A stretch of DNA of 64,000 bases from an uncultured Thermoleophilia bacterium (GCA_963702475.1 CAVPCT010000003.1:768001-832000), one strand, 5' to 3'. Shown: positions 22,207 to 32,609, numbered from the stretch's first letter. Notes: a model not told the origin generated them from the sequence alone. Program-made: numbers and translations.

Positions 22207-22755
22207 ATGAACGCCGTCGTCGTCTACGAGTCCCTGTGGGGCAACACTGCCGCGGTCGCCGCGGCCATCGCCGAAGGCATCGGGCACGGTGCCCGCGCGC
22301 TCTCGACCGCCGGGGCCACCCCCGAGGTCGTGGCCGGCGCCGATCTGCTGGTCGCCGGGTCGCCGGTGCTGGGCTTCAAGCTGCCGACCGAGAAGATGCG
22401 CGAGGGCGCCCTGAAGAACCCGGGCGGGATGCCGCCGCGGCCGGCCGATCTCTCGCACCCCTCCGTGCGCTCCTGGCTGGAGACGGTGCCGCGGGGGCAG
22501 GGGATGGCCGCGGCGTTCGACACGCAGGTCCGCGGCCCCTTCGGCAAGGCCGCGCCCGCCATCGCCGAGGCCCTCGAGGCGGCCGGCTACCGTCGGGCCG
22601 CCGACCCGGAGGGCTTCGTCGTCTCCGGCAGGTTCGGGCCTCTGCGCGAGGGCGAGCTCGAGCGTGCGCGTCGCTGGGGGGCGGACCTGGCGGCGGCCGT
22701 CGAGGCCGCGACCGCCGAGGCGGCCGGCGGCGCGGGGTCCTCAGCCGCCGGCTGA
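22207..22755 (+). CDS. Flavodoxin-like domain protein
   Basis: VVYESLWGNT FMN loop, AAAFDT, GPLREGELERA. Confidence 0.85.
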   Translation: MNAVVVYESLWGNTAAVAAAIAEGIGHGARALSTAGATPEVVAGADLLVAGSPVLGFKLPTEKMREGALKNPGGMPPRPADLSHPSVRSWLETVPRGQGMAAAFDTQVRGPFGKAAPAIAEALEAAGYRRAADPEGFVVSGRFGPLREGELERARRWGADLAAAVEAATAEAAGGAGSSAAG

Positions 22756-22926
22756 CCACAGCAGTCCGGCTGCCGGCGGCGTCGGGTCCGCGGCAACAGG
22801 CCGGATGCCGCCGCGGTATGACCTCCGGCGCAGCCCTCAGGATCCTCCCGGTCGGCCTCGTCCTCTCCAGCACAGGCGCCTGCCGCGGCGGGGTCCGCCG
22901 TGCAGTCCGCATCGTCATGAAATACA

Positions 22927-22988
22927 GAAAATCAATTTTCCTCTTGACTTTAATGATGTTATGACGCACAATGACCGAAGTAAGTCAA
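22927..22988 (+). promoter_or_regulatory. Sigma70-type promoter and operator of the DUF2089 operon
   Basis: AT-rich island: TTGACT(22944)-N17-CACAAT(22967); palindrome GAAAAT-CA-ATTTTC; TTGACTT...AAGTCAA inverted pair. Confidence 0.6.
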
Positions 22989-23005
22989 CGAGTCAGGAGG
23001 TCGAT

Positions 23006-23380
23006 ATGTCGCACGAGTGGCACGAGCTGACCGACCTCACCGGTGACCTCCGGTTCCTGGTGACGCGGGTGCGTCTCGACTCCGGTGTCTCCGTCGAGGG
23101 TGAGTTCGAGCTGCCCCCGCTGGCCCGGTTGCGCTACGAGGACCAGGTCTTCGTGAGCGCCTTCGTCCGCAGCCACGGCTCCATCAAGGAGATGGAGAAG
23201 GCCTTCGGGGTGAGCTATCCGACCGTCAAGAACCGCCTCAACCGCATCACCGAGCAGCTGGGTCTGGTGGAGGCGGTGCCGGTGTCCGAGATCCCGTCGG
23301 AAGAGCGAGCCGAGGTGCTGGATCTTCTGGAGAGCGGCGAGATCTCCGCCGACGAAGCGGCCGAGAGGCTGCGGCGATGA
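23006..23380 (+). CDS. DUF2089 family HTH protein
   Basis: FVRSHGSIKEMEKAFGVSYPTVKNRL; C-terminal SHOCT-like LESGEISADEA. Confidence 0.85.
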   Translation: MSHEWHELTDLTGDLRFLVTRVRLDSGVSVEGEFELPPLARLRYEDQVFVSAFVRSHGSIKEMEKAFGVSYPTVKNRLNRITEQLGLVEAVPVSEIPSEERAEVLDLLESGEISADEAAERLRR

Positions 23381-23658
23381 GCGTGCCGCCACTGGTCCTC
23401 GACCTCAGGGTCGCACAGGCGGACCGTCGCCCCTTCCGCCTGTGGCTGCCCCTGTTCCTGCTGTGGCCCCTTGTGCTGGTGGCGTTCGTCGTGGCCGTCG
23501 CTGTGGCGGCCGCGATGGACGCCGTGGCGCTGGCCGGCGGCCGCCCGCACCACACCACCGCGTTCGTGATCGGCGTGTTCTCCGCGCTCACGGACGCGCG
23601 GGGCACCGAGTTCGACATCGAGAACGAGAAGACCACCGTCCACCTGACGGTCCACTGA
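23377..23658 (+). CDS. Hypothetical membrane protein
   Basis: RLWLPLFLLWPL hydrophobic stretch; ATGA coupled to the upstream gene. Confidence 0.7.
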   Translation: MSVPPLVLDLRVAQADRRPFRLWLPLFLLWPLVLVAFVVAVAVAAAMDAVALAGGRPHHTTAFVIGVFSALTDARGTEFDIENEKTTVHLTVH

Positions 23659-23755
23659 CCAACGAAGCAGAGTCAGCTGGCGGTGCAGCGGAGTGGCACC
23701 GACTACTGACCGACGAAGCAGAGTCAGCTGGCGGTGCAGCGGAGTGGCACCGCCC
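23654..23755 (+). repeat. 51-bp tandem duplication with internal hairpin
   Basis: ACTGACC(A/G)ACGAAGCAGAGTCAGCTGGCGGTGCAGCGGAGTGGCACCG at 23654 and 23705. Confidence 0.9.
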
Positions 23756-23776
23756 AGTGAGAGAGGAGAGTCACCG

Positions 23777-24235
23777 ATGAGTGAAGACAGGACCCGCATC
23801 CTCAACCTGCTTGCCGCAGGCAAGATCAGCGCCGACGAGGCGGAGCGGCTGCTCGATGCGCTGGACGCGCACGCGCACGCGGCGACGCCGGACGCCGGCG
23901 CACCGGGCATGCCCGCGCCGGGCATCAGCGGTGACCCGGCGCCACTGATCGCCGCGCTCCCCAAACACCTCTACGTGAAGGTCGACGCGGCGAACGGCGA
24001 CAACGTCAACATCAAGATCCCCATCGCCCTGGTGCGCTCCGGCCTGAAGCTCACGTCGCTCATCCCGCCGCTGGCCATGGACAAGATCAACGACTCCATG
24101 TCCGAGCACGGCATCTCCGTCGACCTCAACAACTTCAAGCCTGAGGACGTCGACGAGCTGGTGACGGCGCTCCGCGACATGGAGGTCAACGTCGACGCCA
24201 AGAACGGCGATACGGTGCGGGTGTACTGCGCGTGA
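23777..24235 (+). CDS. SHOCT-like domain protein
   Basis: MSEDRTRILNLLAAGKISADEAERLLDAL...VNIKIPIALV; typical partner of DUF2089. Confidence 0.8.
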   Translation: MSEDRTRILNLLAAGKISADEAERLLDALDAHAHAATPDAGAPGMPAPGISGDPAPLIAALPKHLYVKVDAANGDNVNIKIPIALVRSGLKLTSLIPPLAMDKINDSMSEHGISVDLNNFKPEDVDELVTALRDMEVNVDAKNGDTVRVYCA

Positions 24236-24295
24236 CACCCTGACGGCCGTGCGCCCGGCGGCGCGGTCGCGCGCCGCCGGGCGCACGGCGCGGGA

Positions 24296-24925
24296 TCAGG
24301 GTGTCTGACTCGGGTCGAGGGGCCCGAGGGCCGCGAGCAGCACGCTGTGTGCGAGCGGCTCCAGTCCGTCTGCGGCTTGCGGCAGCTGCGCCAGCAGGCC
24401 GGTCCGCCACAGCTCGGCGAGGCCGTGGACGAGCGACCATAGGTAGGCGCCGAGTATGGCGGCATCGCCCCGTGGCAGCACGCCGTCGGCCTGGGCTGCG
24501 ACCACCGCGTCGAGCAGCCGGCTCCAGGCAGTGGCGCCGTAGGCGGCCGTCTCCCGGAGCCCTCCGCTCTCCGGGGCGGTCCTCGGCGACGCCGTGAAGG
24601 CCGCGTACTGCTCGGGGTGGTCGACGGCGAAGCTCACGTAGGCCGTGCCGAGAGCGAGCAGGCGCTGCCGGGCGCCGTCGCCCGCCCGCGCCTCGGCCGC
24701 GGCCATCCACTCGTCAAGCGCGGCCGCGGCTTCGCCGGCAAGGGCATCCACGAGCGCTGCCTTGTCCCTGAAGTGGTGGTACGGCGCGGCGTGGCTCACG
24801 CCGGCCCGCGCCGCCACGGCGCGCAGTGACAGGCCGTCGATGCCCTGTTCCCTGATGACTGCGACGGCCTCGTCGAGGAGCGCCCGTCGCAGGTTGCCGT
24901 GGTGATAGGCGTCTTTGGGGCTCAT
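24296..24925 (-). CDS. TetR/AcrR family regulator (WHG-type C-terminus)
   Basis: YHHGNLRRALL, LSLRAVAARAGVSHAAPYHHF, WSLVHG. Confidence 0.92.
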   Translation of the reverse strand: MSPKDAYHHGNLRRALLDEAVAVIREQGIDGLSLRAVAARAGVSHAAPYHHFRDKAALVDALAGEAAAALDEWMAAAEARAGDGARQRLLALGTAYVSFAVDHPEQYAAFTASPRTAPESGGLRETAAYGATAWSRLLDAVVAAQADGVLPRGDAAILGAYLWSLVHGLAELWRTGLLAQLPQAADGLEPLAHSVLLAALGPLDPSQTP

Positions 24926-25923
24926 GACCGGGAATATGACACGTCCTCGCGTCCGGTCAGGCCGCCGCGGGCCACCGGCTCCGGCACGGCGTCCGTCCTG
25001 AACCAGTCCACGGTGTGCACCATGCCCTCCTCGAGCGACGTCGCAGTCAGCCCCAGCATCCGCTCGATACGACCGGAGTCCACCGTGAACGGCCGCGTGA
25101 ACTCGTACATCAGCTCCACCATCTCGCGCGCTCCTTTGTCGAAGAGGGCGGCGAGCCTCATCATGCCCGGTCTCACCACCTTGAACCGCGGCTGCCGGCC
25201 GGCGAGCGCGAAGACGCCGCCGAGAGCGTCGCGCTGCGTGACGGCAGGGGCGTGCGGCGCGATCCACACGCCGCCGGCGGCTTCGTCGGAGGAGCCGAGC
25301 ACGACGGCTGCGCGAGCGACGTCCTCGATGTATGCGTAGGAGTGGGGAATGTCGAGCGAGCCGAGGGCCTCACCGGCCTTGCCCGCAAGGATCGGCGGGA
25401 ACACGCGTTCTCCGAATGCCGATGCCGTGACACCCGGGCCGTAGTAGTCGGACGAGCGCAGGATCGAAGCACACACCTCCCCGCGCTCGTGTGCGGCGAG
25501 CACCGCTGCCGCCATCCTCGCGCGCAACTCGCCCTTGCGTGATCGCGGCTGGACCGCCGTGTCTTCGGAGATGGGACCGGAGAACGAGTCGTACATGTAG
25601 AGATTGTCGATGGAGACGTAACGAGCTTCGGCGGCCTTCGCTGCCGCCAACGCGCCGTCCTGGAGCGCGGGGAAGAGCTCGTGCCACCTGTGGTATGGCG
25701 GGTTGAGCGCCTGGTAGACGACCGAAGCGCCGTCGGCGGCGGCAGCGGCAGCGATCGCGTCACTCACGTCGGCGGCCACGATCTGGGCCTCGCCTCGGAG
25801 GAGCGCCGGGCGCTTGCCGGATCTGTTGACGAGACGCACGCGGTCTCCTCGTGCGATGACCGTGTTCGCGATCCAGGTCCCGACCGGGCCGGTCCCGAGT
25901 ATCACATGCAGGCTGTCGGACAT
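24922..25923 (-). CDS. NAD-dependent epimerase/dehydratase family protein
   Basis: HVILGTGPVG, NLYMY, SRKGELR, DYYGPG. Confidence 0.88.
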   Translation of the reverse strand: MSDSLHVILGTGPVGTWIANTVIARGDRVRLVNRSGKRPALLRGEAQIVAADVSDAIAAAAAADGASVVYQALNPPYHRWHELFPALQDGALAAAKAAEARYVSIDNLYMYDSFSGPISEDTAVQPRSRKGELRARMAAAVLAAHERGEVCASILRSSDYYGPGVTASAFGERVFPPILAGKAGEALGSLDIPHSYAYIEDVARAAVVLGSSDEAAGGVWIAPHAPAVTQRDALGGVFALAGRQPRFKVVRPGMMRLAALFDKGAREMVELMYEFTRPFTVDSGRIERMLGLTATSLEEGMVHTVDWFRTDAVPEPVARGGLTGREDVSYSRS

Positions 25924-25958
25924 CGTGACGCTCCTTTCCTGAGCGTGGTCATGAGGAT

Positions 25959-25991
25959 ATCTTGACACTGTCAACTTGACGATGTCAAGAT
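25959..25991. promoter_or_regulatory. Putative TetR operator (tandem palindromes)
   Basis: ATCTTGACACTGTCAACTTGACGATGTCAAGAT: two TTGAC-N3-GTCAA palindromes inside a larger inverted repeat. Confidence 0.7.
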
Positions 25992-26158
25992 TGCATGGGA
26001 GCCACGGGCCCAAACATGCCTCACTTCGCGAGGTGCTCTGCTGCGGGCCAGCCCGCGCGCCGCCCTGCCTCCGGAACCTCCCAAGGAGTAGGCTTGCGGG
26101 GTAGCCGCCGGGTGGAGGCGAGGGGCTCCCCCGGGCGGGACGACCGGAGCAGAGAGGG

Positions 26159-27625
26159 GTGGCACAGGTGGTCGACGAGGGCATCACGCAGCTGCTGGGC
26201 GATCTCTACCCGTACCGCACGACGACGGAGACCTACCGCAGGGTGCCGCCGGACCCGGTCGGGCGCGCCGCCATCCTCGACGAGCTGTCGGCGATGGCGC
26301 ACAGGGAGGACGAGCTCGGCGACGAGGGCCGGGTCTCGGGAAGCATCTACGCCGGCGACCACGCCCACTACCACTTCCTGGGCGAGGTCTTCGACCTGTA
26401 CTCCCACGCCAACGTGCTGCAGCGCGACATGTACCCAAGCGCCACCAAGTTCGAGGGCGAGATCATCGCCATGACGTCGGACCTGCTGCACGGCACCGGG
26501 GTCGGGGTGGTCACCAGCGGAGGATCCGAGAGCCTCATCACGGCACTGTACTCGTACCGCGAACAGGCCAGGGCCAAGAAGAAGGTGACGAAGCCCAACG
26601 TCGTCATGCCGGTGACGGCGCACTGCTCGCTGGACAAGGGTGCCCACTGGATGGACGTGGAGATGCGCCACGCGCCGCTCACCGACGGCTACGTGGCCGA
26701 CGTCGAAGCCATGGCCGACATGGTGGACGACCAGACGGTGTGCATCGTCGGCAGCGCCGGCAACTACGCCCACGGGCTCATCGATCCGATCGAGGAGCTC
26801 GGCGAGCTGGCGCGGTCACGCGGCATCGGTCTGCACGTGGACGGCTGCCTGGGCGGCTGGCTGCTGCCCTGGATCGAGCGTCTCGGCTATGACGTGCCGC
26901 CGTGGGACTTCCGCGTGCCTGGCGTGACCTCCATCTCGGCCGACACGCACAAGTACGGGTACGCGCTCAAGGGCTCGAGCGTGCTGCTGTACCGCGACAA
27001 GGAGGTGCGCAAGTACCAGTACTTCACGTATCCCACGTGGCCCGGCGGCATGTACGTCTCCCCGGGCTTCGTCGGCTCCCGCAGCGGCGGCATCCTGGCG
27101 TCGACGTGGGCGGCTCTCGTGGCGACCGGGGAGTCGGGGTACCTGGCCGGTGCCGAGGCGATCATGAAGACGGCGACGACCATCAAGGAGGGAGTCGAGG
27201 GGATCCCTGAGCTGGAGGTCATCGGCGACCCGCTGTTCCTCGTCGCCTTCAAGTCCGCCGGCGACCTCGACATCTACCTGGTCAACGACTCGCTGATCGC
27301 CCAGGGCTGGCGCATGATCGCGCTGCAGTACCCGGCCGCGCTGCACTTCTGCGTCACGCGGCCGAACACGGCGCCGGGACTCGCCGAGCGCTTCTTGGAG
27401 GCCTTGCGCACGGCCGTCGCGTACGCGACCGAGCACAAGGGCAAGAAGTCCCGGTCGGGCGCAGTGTACGGGTTCGGCACGTACCAGCTGGCGCAGGACA
27501 TGGTGAAGTTCACCATGGTGCGCGTGCTGGACGCGTTCCACGAGGCGGCGCCGGAGCCCGAGGGCGAGGAGGCGGCCGCCTCACCGGGCGCCGCGGACGG
27601 CGAGGCCGTGACCACGGCGCCCTGA
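26159..27625 (+). CDS. PLP-dependent enzyme, sphingosine-1-phosphate lyase/group II decarboxylase-like
   Basis: VSGSIY, TSGGSES, LHVDGCLGG, ISADTHKYGY, WPGGMY. Confidence 0.85.
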   Translation: MAQVVDEGITQLLGDLYPYRTTTETYRRVPPDPVGRAAILDELSAMAHREDELGDEGRVSGSIYAGDHAHYHFLGEVFDLYSHANVLQRDMYPSATKFEGEIIAMTSDLLHGTGVGVVTSGGSESLITALYSYREQARAKKKVTKPNVVMPVTAHCSLDKGAHWMDVEMRHAPLTDGYVADVEAMADMVDDQTVCIVGSAGNYAHGLIDPIEELGELARSRGIGLHVDGCLGGWLLPWIERLGYDVPPWDFRVPGVTSISADTHKYGYALKGSSVLLYRDKEVRKYQYFTYPTWPGGMYVSPGFVGSRSGGILASTWAALVATGESGYLAGAEAIMKTATTIKEGVEGIPELEVIGDPLFLVAFKSAGDLDIYLVNDSLIAQGWRMIALQYPAALHFCVTRPNTAPGLAERFLEALRTAVAYATEHKGKKSRSGAVYGFGTYQLAQDMVKFTMVRVLDAFHEAAPEPEGEEAAASPGAADGEAVTTAP

Positions 27626-27626
27626 G

Positions 27627-29234
27627 ATGGGCGCCCGCTGGATCCTCGCCGTCGACTTCGGCAACGGCGGCCCCAAGGTCGCCGTGTGCTCGCTCGACGG
27701 CGAGGTCCTCAGCACGGCCATCCGCGGCGTACAGGTCAAGGTCGGGCGCGACGGCCTCGCCACACAGGACGCCGTGGAGTGGTGGGATACGCTGCTGGAG
27801 GCGGCGCGGGAGGCGATAGCCTCGGCCGCCGCCGCACCCGACCGGCTGCACGCCGTCGCCGTCACCGGGCAGTGGGCCTCCACCGTACCGGTCGGCGCCG
27901 ACGGGCGCCCCGCCGGCGACGTGCTGCTGTGGGCCGACACCCGCGCCCGCGACCTCACGCGCCCGGTCATCGGTGGGCCGCTGACGGTGTCCGGTTTCGC
28001 GCCGCAGAAGGTGCTGCCCTTCGTGCGCTACACCGGCGGCGCCCCGTCGCCGAGCGGGGCCGACCCGACCGGGCACTCGCTCCTGCTGCAGCGGCGACTC
28101 ACCGACGTCTACGCCAGGACGAAGGTCCTGCTCGAGCCGGTGGACTACCTCGGGCTCCGCTTCACCGGCCGGGCCGCTGCGACGCCGGCCTCCATCATGG
28201 GCTGGTGGCTCACGGACAATCGGCCAGGGGCCCCTTTGGGCTATGTGGACGGCTTGGTCGCGCGCACGCGGCGCGACCGCGACCGCCTGCCCGAGCTGCT
28301 GCCCACCGGCTCGGTGCTCGGCGCACTGCTGCCCGAGGTGGCGGACGCCCTCGGCGTGGCCCCGGGCGCGCCGGTGCTGTGCGGCGTGCCCGACATGCAC
28401 GCCGCCATCGTCGGCTCGGGCGCGGTGGCTCCGTACGAGACCCACGTCGCCGTCTCCACCACCTCGTGGCTCAGCGCCCGCGTGCCGTTCAAGCGCACCG
28501 ACATCTTCCACCAGATCGCTACGCTGCCGGGACTCGACCCCGCGTTCCCCATCGTCGCCAACAACCAGGAGACGGGCGGCGCCGCGCTGCGCTGGCTGCG
28601 CGAGCAGATCGTGGCCCCGAACGACGGGCTGCTGGGCGGCGGCAGCGGCATCGGCGCCGAGGGGGCGGCTGAGGAGTCGCTGGCACCGTCGTACGACGAT
28701 CTGCTCCGCCTCGCCGCGCGTGCGCCTGCCGGCTGCGAAGGTCTGTTGTTCACGCCCTGGCTGGACGGAGAGCGCAGCCCCCAGGAGGACAAGGTCGTGC
28801 GCGCCGCCTGGCTCAACCTCTCGCTGCGCTGCGACCGGTCCATGCTGGTGCGCTCGGTGCTGGAGGGCGTCGCCTTCAACGCGCGCTGGCTGTTCGACGC
28901 GTACCAGAAGTTCCTGCGGCGGCCGGTGCCCAGGGTCCGCATCCTCGGCGGCGGCGCGCAGAGCGACCTGTGGTGCCAGATCTACGCCGACGTGCTGGGG
29001 CGGCCGGTGGAGCAGGTCGCCGACCCGCGCAACGCCCAGCTGCGCGGCGTCGCCCTGTGGGCGCGCATGTGCCTGGGCGAGCTCAATCTGGAGGACGTGC
29101 CGGCGCTCGTGCCCGTGGCCGGGACGTTCGTGCCCTCCGCCGACGCCGCGACCTACGCTCGCCTGTACGGTGAGTACCGCCAGCTGTTCGGCTCTCTCAA
29201 AGGGCTCTATCACCGGCTCAACCGCAGGAGGTGA
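27627..29234 (+). CDS. FGGY-family carbohydrate kinase (xylulokinase-like)
   Basis: LAVDFGNGGPK, WADTRA, PWLDGERSP, GGGAQSDLWCQIYAD. Confidence 0.88.
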   Translation: MGARWILAVDFGNGGPKVAVCSLDGEVLSTAIRGVQVKVGRDGLATQDAVEWWDTLLEAAREAIASAAAAPDRLHAVAVTGQWASTVPVGADGRPAGDVLLWADTRARDLTRPVIGGPLTVSGFAPQKVLPFVRYTGGAPSPSGADPTGHSLLLQRRLTDVYARTKVLLEPVDYLGLRFTGRAAATPASIMGWWLTDNRPGAPLGYVDGLVARTRRDRDRLPELLPTGSVLGALLPEVADALGVAPGAPVLCGVPDMHAAIVGSGAVAPYETHVAVSTTSWLSARVPFKRTDIFHQIATLPGLDPAFPIVANNQETGGAALRWLREQIVAPNDGLLGGGSGIGAEGAAEESLAPSYDDLLRLAARAPAGCEGLLFTPWLDGERSPQEDKVVRAAWLNLSLRCDRSMLVRSVLEGVAFNARWLFDAYQKFLRRPVPRVRILGGGAQSDLWCQIYADVLGRPVEQVADPRNAQLRGVALWARMCLGELNLEDVPALVPVAGTFVPSADAATYARLYGEYRQLFGSLKGLYHRLNRRR

Positions 29235-29238
29235 GGGT

Positions 29239-30447
29239 GTGACGCAGGCATACCGCGTGTACGGCTACCGCTGGGTCGTGCTGATGGCGGTCATGTTCGT
29301 GAACCTCACGATCCAGATGCTGTGGATCGCGTACGCGCCCGTCACCAGCCTCTCCTCCGCGTACTACGGCGTCTCGGACCTGGCGATCGGCTTCCTCGCC
29401 ATGTCGTTCATGATCGTCTTCATCGTGATGTCGCTGCCGGCGGCGTGGCTCATCGACACGCGCGGGTTCCGCGTGGCGGTGGGCTTCGGCGCCGTGCTCG
29501 CGGCCGCGGGCGGGATCGCCCGCGGCCTGGCCGGCGACAGCTACACTCTGGTGCTGCTGGCGACGATCGCGATCGCCGTCGCGCAGCCGTTCCTGCTCAA
29601 TGCGTGGACCAAGATGCCGGCGCACTGGTTCGATCGGCGCCAGCGGGCCACGGCGGTGGGCCTCACCACGCTGGCCAGCATGCTCGGCATCGCCGTGGGC
29701 ATGGCGCTCACTCCGCCGCTGGCGGAGTCGCTCTCCATCCCCACCGTGCAGTTGGTGTACGGGCTTCTGGCCGCGGTCGCCGCGGTCGTGTTTCTCGCGG
29801 TGGCTCGCGAGCGCCCGGCGACGTCGCCGGGACCGCCCGGCGAGGACGAGCGCGTGCTCATGTTCGACGGCCTCAAGCACGCGCTCAGGCTGCGCCCGTT
29901 CCTCGTCATGCTGCTCGTGGCGTTCATCGTCATGAGCACGTTCAACGGCGTGACGACCTGGGTCGAGCAGATCATCAAGCCGCGAGGGTTCACGCCGACG
30001 GAGGCCGGCACGATGGGGGCCTTGATGCTGGTGGCCGGCGTGATCGGCGCCGTGGTGCTGTCGGCGCTCTCCGACCGCAGTGGTCGCCGGGTGCGGTACA
30101 TGGTGATCGCACTGGCGGCGTCCATCCCCGGCATCCTCGGCGTGGCGTTCGCCTCGTCGGCGCTGCTGCTGTACGCGTTCGCCGCGCTGCTCGGCTTCTT
30201 CGTGGTCGCGGTGCTCCCCCTGGGCATGCAATACGCGGCCGAGATCGCCAACCCGACACCCGAGGGCACGTCCACGGGCCTCATCCAGCTGTGCGGGCAG
30301 GTGTCGGTGGTAAGCGTGTACATCATGGCGGCGCTGCGCACGGCGAACGGCTCGTTCACCGTGTCCCTGCTCCTCGCCGCCGGCCTGTTCGCGGTGATGG
30401 CGGTGGTACTGTCGCGGCTCAAGGACCCGGGGGCGGACGCCGGATGA
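29239..30447 (+). CDS. MFS transporter
   Basis: YRVYGYRWVVL start, about 12 TM segments, LSDRSGRR motif. Confidence 0.88.
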   Translation: MTQAYRVYGYRWVVLMAVMFVNLTIQMLWIAYAPVTSLSSAYYGVSDLAIGFLAMSFMIVFIVMSLPAAWLIDTRGFRVAVGFGAVLAAAGGIARGLAGDSYTLVLLATIAIAVAQPFLLNAWTKMPAHWFDRRQRATAVGLTTLASMLGIAVGMALTPPLAESLSIPTVQLVYGLLAAVAAVVFLAVARERPATSPGPPGEDERVLMFDGLKHALRLRPFLVMLLVAFIVMSTFNGVTTWVEQIIKPRGFTPTEAGTMGALMLVAGVIGAVVLSALSDRSGRRVRYMVIALAASIPGILGVAFASSALLLYAFAALLGFFVVAVLPLGMQYAAEIANPTPEGTSTGLIQLCGQVSVVSVYIMAALRTANGSFTVSLLLAAGLFAVMAVVLSRLKDPGADAG

Positions 30448-31280
30448 CGGCTGCGCCGCAGGGTGACCGGCCGCGCTTCTCCCACCATCGCGGCCTCGGT
30501 CGCGTGCTCGCCGTCATGGATTTCGACGGCACCCTGACGACGGGCGACTGCATGCTCGAGGTGCTCGACCGCTTTCTCGACGACTGGCCCGCCGTGTTCG
30601 CCGCCGCACGCGCCGAGGGTCTCGGCGACGTCGCCTGCGTCGGCCGCGGCCTGGCGCTCCTGCGCACGCCGCCGGAGCAGATCGTGGCGGCGTTCGTCGA
30701 CGCGGCCGAGCTGCGCCCGGGGCTCGGCCGCCTTCTCGAGCGGCTGCTGGCCGACGGGGGAGAGGCGGCCGTGGTGAGCGCCGGCATCCGCGCGGCGATC
30801 GAGGCGGTCCTCGCCGCCGCCGGCGTGCCCGCCGTCCCGGTGTACGCAGGGGAACTGACCGGCGACGCGGCGCACGGGTACGGCCTGGTCCTTCACGAGC
30901 GCTTCGGCGACTGCCCGGTGTGCGGCGCTGGCCGCTGCAAGGGGGCGCTCACGCGGTGGCTCCGCCGTCCCGGGCAGGTCGTGGTCGCGTTCGGCGACGG
31001 TGGCCGCGACCTGTGCATGGCTCGCGAGGCCGACCTCGTCTTCGCGCGCGGCCGCCTGCTGGAGCTGTGCGCGCGAGAAGGTCTACCGGCCGTCGAGCTG
31101 ACCGACTTCGACGCCGCCGCTGGCGCAGCTGACCGCGAGGCTCGGCGGCGATGGCCCCGGCGCCCCCGATCCTGCTCCTCCCGCCGGGGCCGGCCCGATT
31201 CGATAAGCTGTCTGTCCGGCGCGCCCGCCGCCGCGTCCGGCGCGCCCCAGTCGAGGCCACCATCCCGAGGGAGACCATGA
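30444..31280 (+). CDS. HAD-IB family phosphatase (MtnX-like)
   Basis: DFDGT, VVSAG, CxxC...CK, GDGGRD; the C-terminal tail is low-complexity. Confidence 0.8.
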   Translation: MTAAPQGDRPRFSHHRGLGRVLAVMDFDGTLTTGDCMLEVLDRFLDDWPAVFAAARAEGLGDVACVGRGLALLRTPPEQIVAAFVDAAELRPGLGRLLERLLADGGEAAVVSAGIRAAIEAVLAAAGVPAVPVYAGELTGDAAHGYGLVLHERFGDCPVCGAGRCKGALTRWLRRPGQVVVAFGDGGRDLCMAREADLVFARGRLLELCAREGLPAVELTDFDAAAGAADREARRRWPRRPRSCSSRRGRPDSISCLSGAPAAASGAPQSRPPSRGRP

Positions 31281-32476
31281 GCACCGCCGACACCATCGCC
31301 GTCGAGAACGCCCACATGGCGCCGTTCTTCAGCAAGACGCCCATCTCCATCGCGCGCGGGGAGGGCGTGTGGGTGTGGGACGAGGAGGGCGAGAAGTACC
31401 TCGACCTCACCGCCGGCTGGGGAGTGACCTCGATCGGGCACGCGCACCCGGCCATCCAGCGGGCGCTGGCGGAGCAGGGCGCCCTCATCCTGCAGAACCC
31501 TGACTCGGGACTGACGTACGCACCGGCGAGAGCGCGCCTGCTGGCGCTGCTCGCCGGCCTGCTGCCCGACGGCCTCACCCGCGTCTTCTTCACGAACAGC
31601 GGGGCCGAGGCGAACGACGCGGCCGTCAAGCTCGCGCGCAAGGTCACCGGCCGCGAGGGCGTGGTGGCCACCGACAACAGCTTCCACGGCCGCACCATCA
31701 GCATGGTCTCGGCCACCGGGCAGGCGAAGCACCGCGCCCAGTTCCAGCCCCAGATGCCGGGCTACAGCTTCATCCCGTACGCCGACCTGAAGGCGCTGGC
31801 GGCGGCGCTCGACGCAGACACCGCCGCCTTCATCGTCGAGCCGGTGCAGGGCGAGGGCGGTGTGAACGTGCCACCCGGGGACTACCTGCGGCGTGCGGCC
31901 GAGCTGTGCCACGAGAACGGCTCGTTGCTCATCGTCGACGAGGTGCAGACCGGTTTCTGCCGCACCGGCCCGATGTTCGCGACCGGGCCGACCGGCGCGC
32001 GTGCGGACTTCCTCACGATGGCCAAGGGCGTCGCCGGCGGCTTCCCGCTCGGGGCGTTCGTCTGCACCGAGGAGGTCGCCGCCCGCTTCGAGCTCGGCGA
32101 CCACGGCGGCACCTACTGCGGCAATCCCCTGGGGTGCGCCGTGGCGCACGCCGTCATCTCGCACTTGGTGGACAACGACGTCGAGACGCGCGTGGCCGAG
32201 CTTGGGGCCGAGGCCCTCGGCGAGCTCTCGGCCTGGGCCGAGCGGTACCCGGGCGTGGTGACCGGCGCCCGCGGCGCCGGTCTGCTGCTGCTCGTCGCGT
32301 TCCCCGACGAGCAGACAGCCGGCGCCGTAGCCGCCGGCTGTCTCGAGCGCAAGGTCTTCGTGCGCCAGACGCAGGGCACCGGCATCCGCATCTTCCCGGC
32401 GCTGACGATCACGCGGGACGAGCTGTTCGACGGTCTGCGCACCGTCGAGCAGGCTGTCGCGGCCGTCGCCGGGTAG
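31277..32476 (+). CDS. Class III aminotransferase (ArgD-like)
   Basis: FTNSGAEAN, FHGRT, EPVQGEGG, DEVQTG, AKGVAGG, GGTYCGNP. Confidence 0.9.
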   Translation: MSTADTIAVENAHMAPFFSKTPISIARGEGVWVWDEEGEKYLDLTAGWGVTSIGHAHPAIQRALAEQGALILQNPDSGLTYAPARARLLALLAGLLPDGLTRVFFTNSGAEANDAAVKLARKVTGREGVVATDNSFHGRTISMVSATGQAKHRAQFQPQMPGYSFIPYADLKALAAALDADTAAFIVEPVQGEGGVNVPPGDYLRRAAELCHENGSLLIVDEVQTGFCRTGPMFATGPTGARADFLTMAKGVAGGFPLGAFVCTEEVAARFELGDHGGTYCGNPLGCAVAHAVISHLVDNDVETRVAELGAEALGELSAWAERYPGVVTGARGAGLLLLVAFPDEQTAGAVAAGCLERKVFVRQTQGTGIRIFPALTITRDELFDGLRTVEQAVAAVAG

Positions 32477-32609
32477 CCGCGGCCGGGCAGCCGCCGCCGG
32501 GGCTCCAGGGAGGCCCGCCTCTCCAGAACGCGGCACCCGCGGCCGATGACTGAAGGAGACGGCGGTCGACGGCCGCCGTCTTTCGGACCGCGACGCTCCT
32601 GGAGGATCC

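Noticed and set aside
23654-23755. Mini CRISPR
   Set aside because: Two adjacent copies with essentially no spacer and no cas genes.
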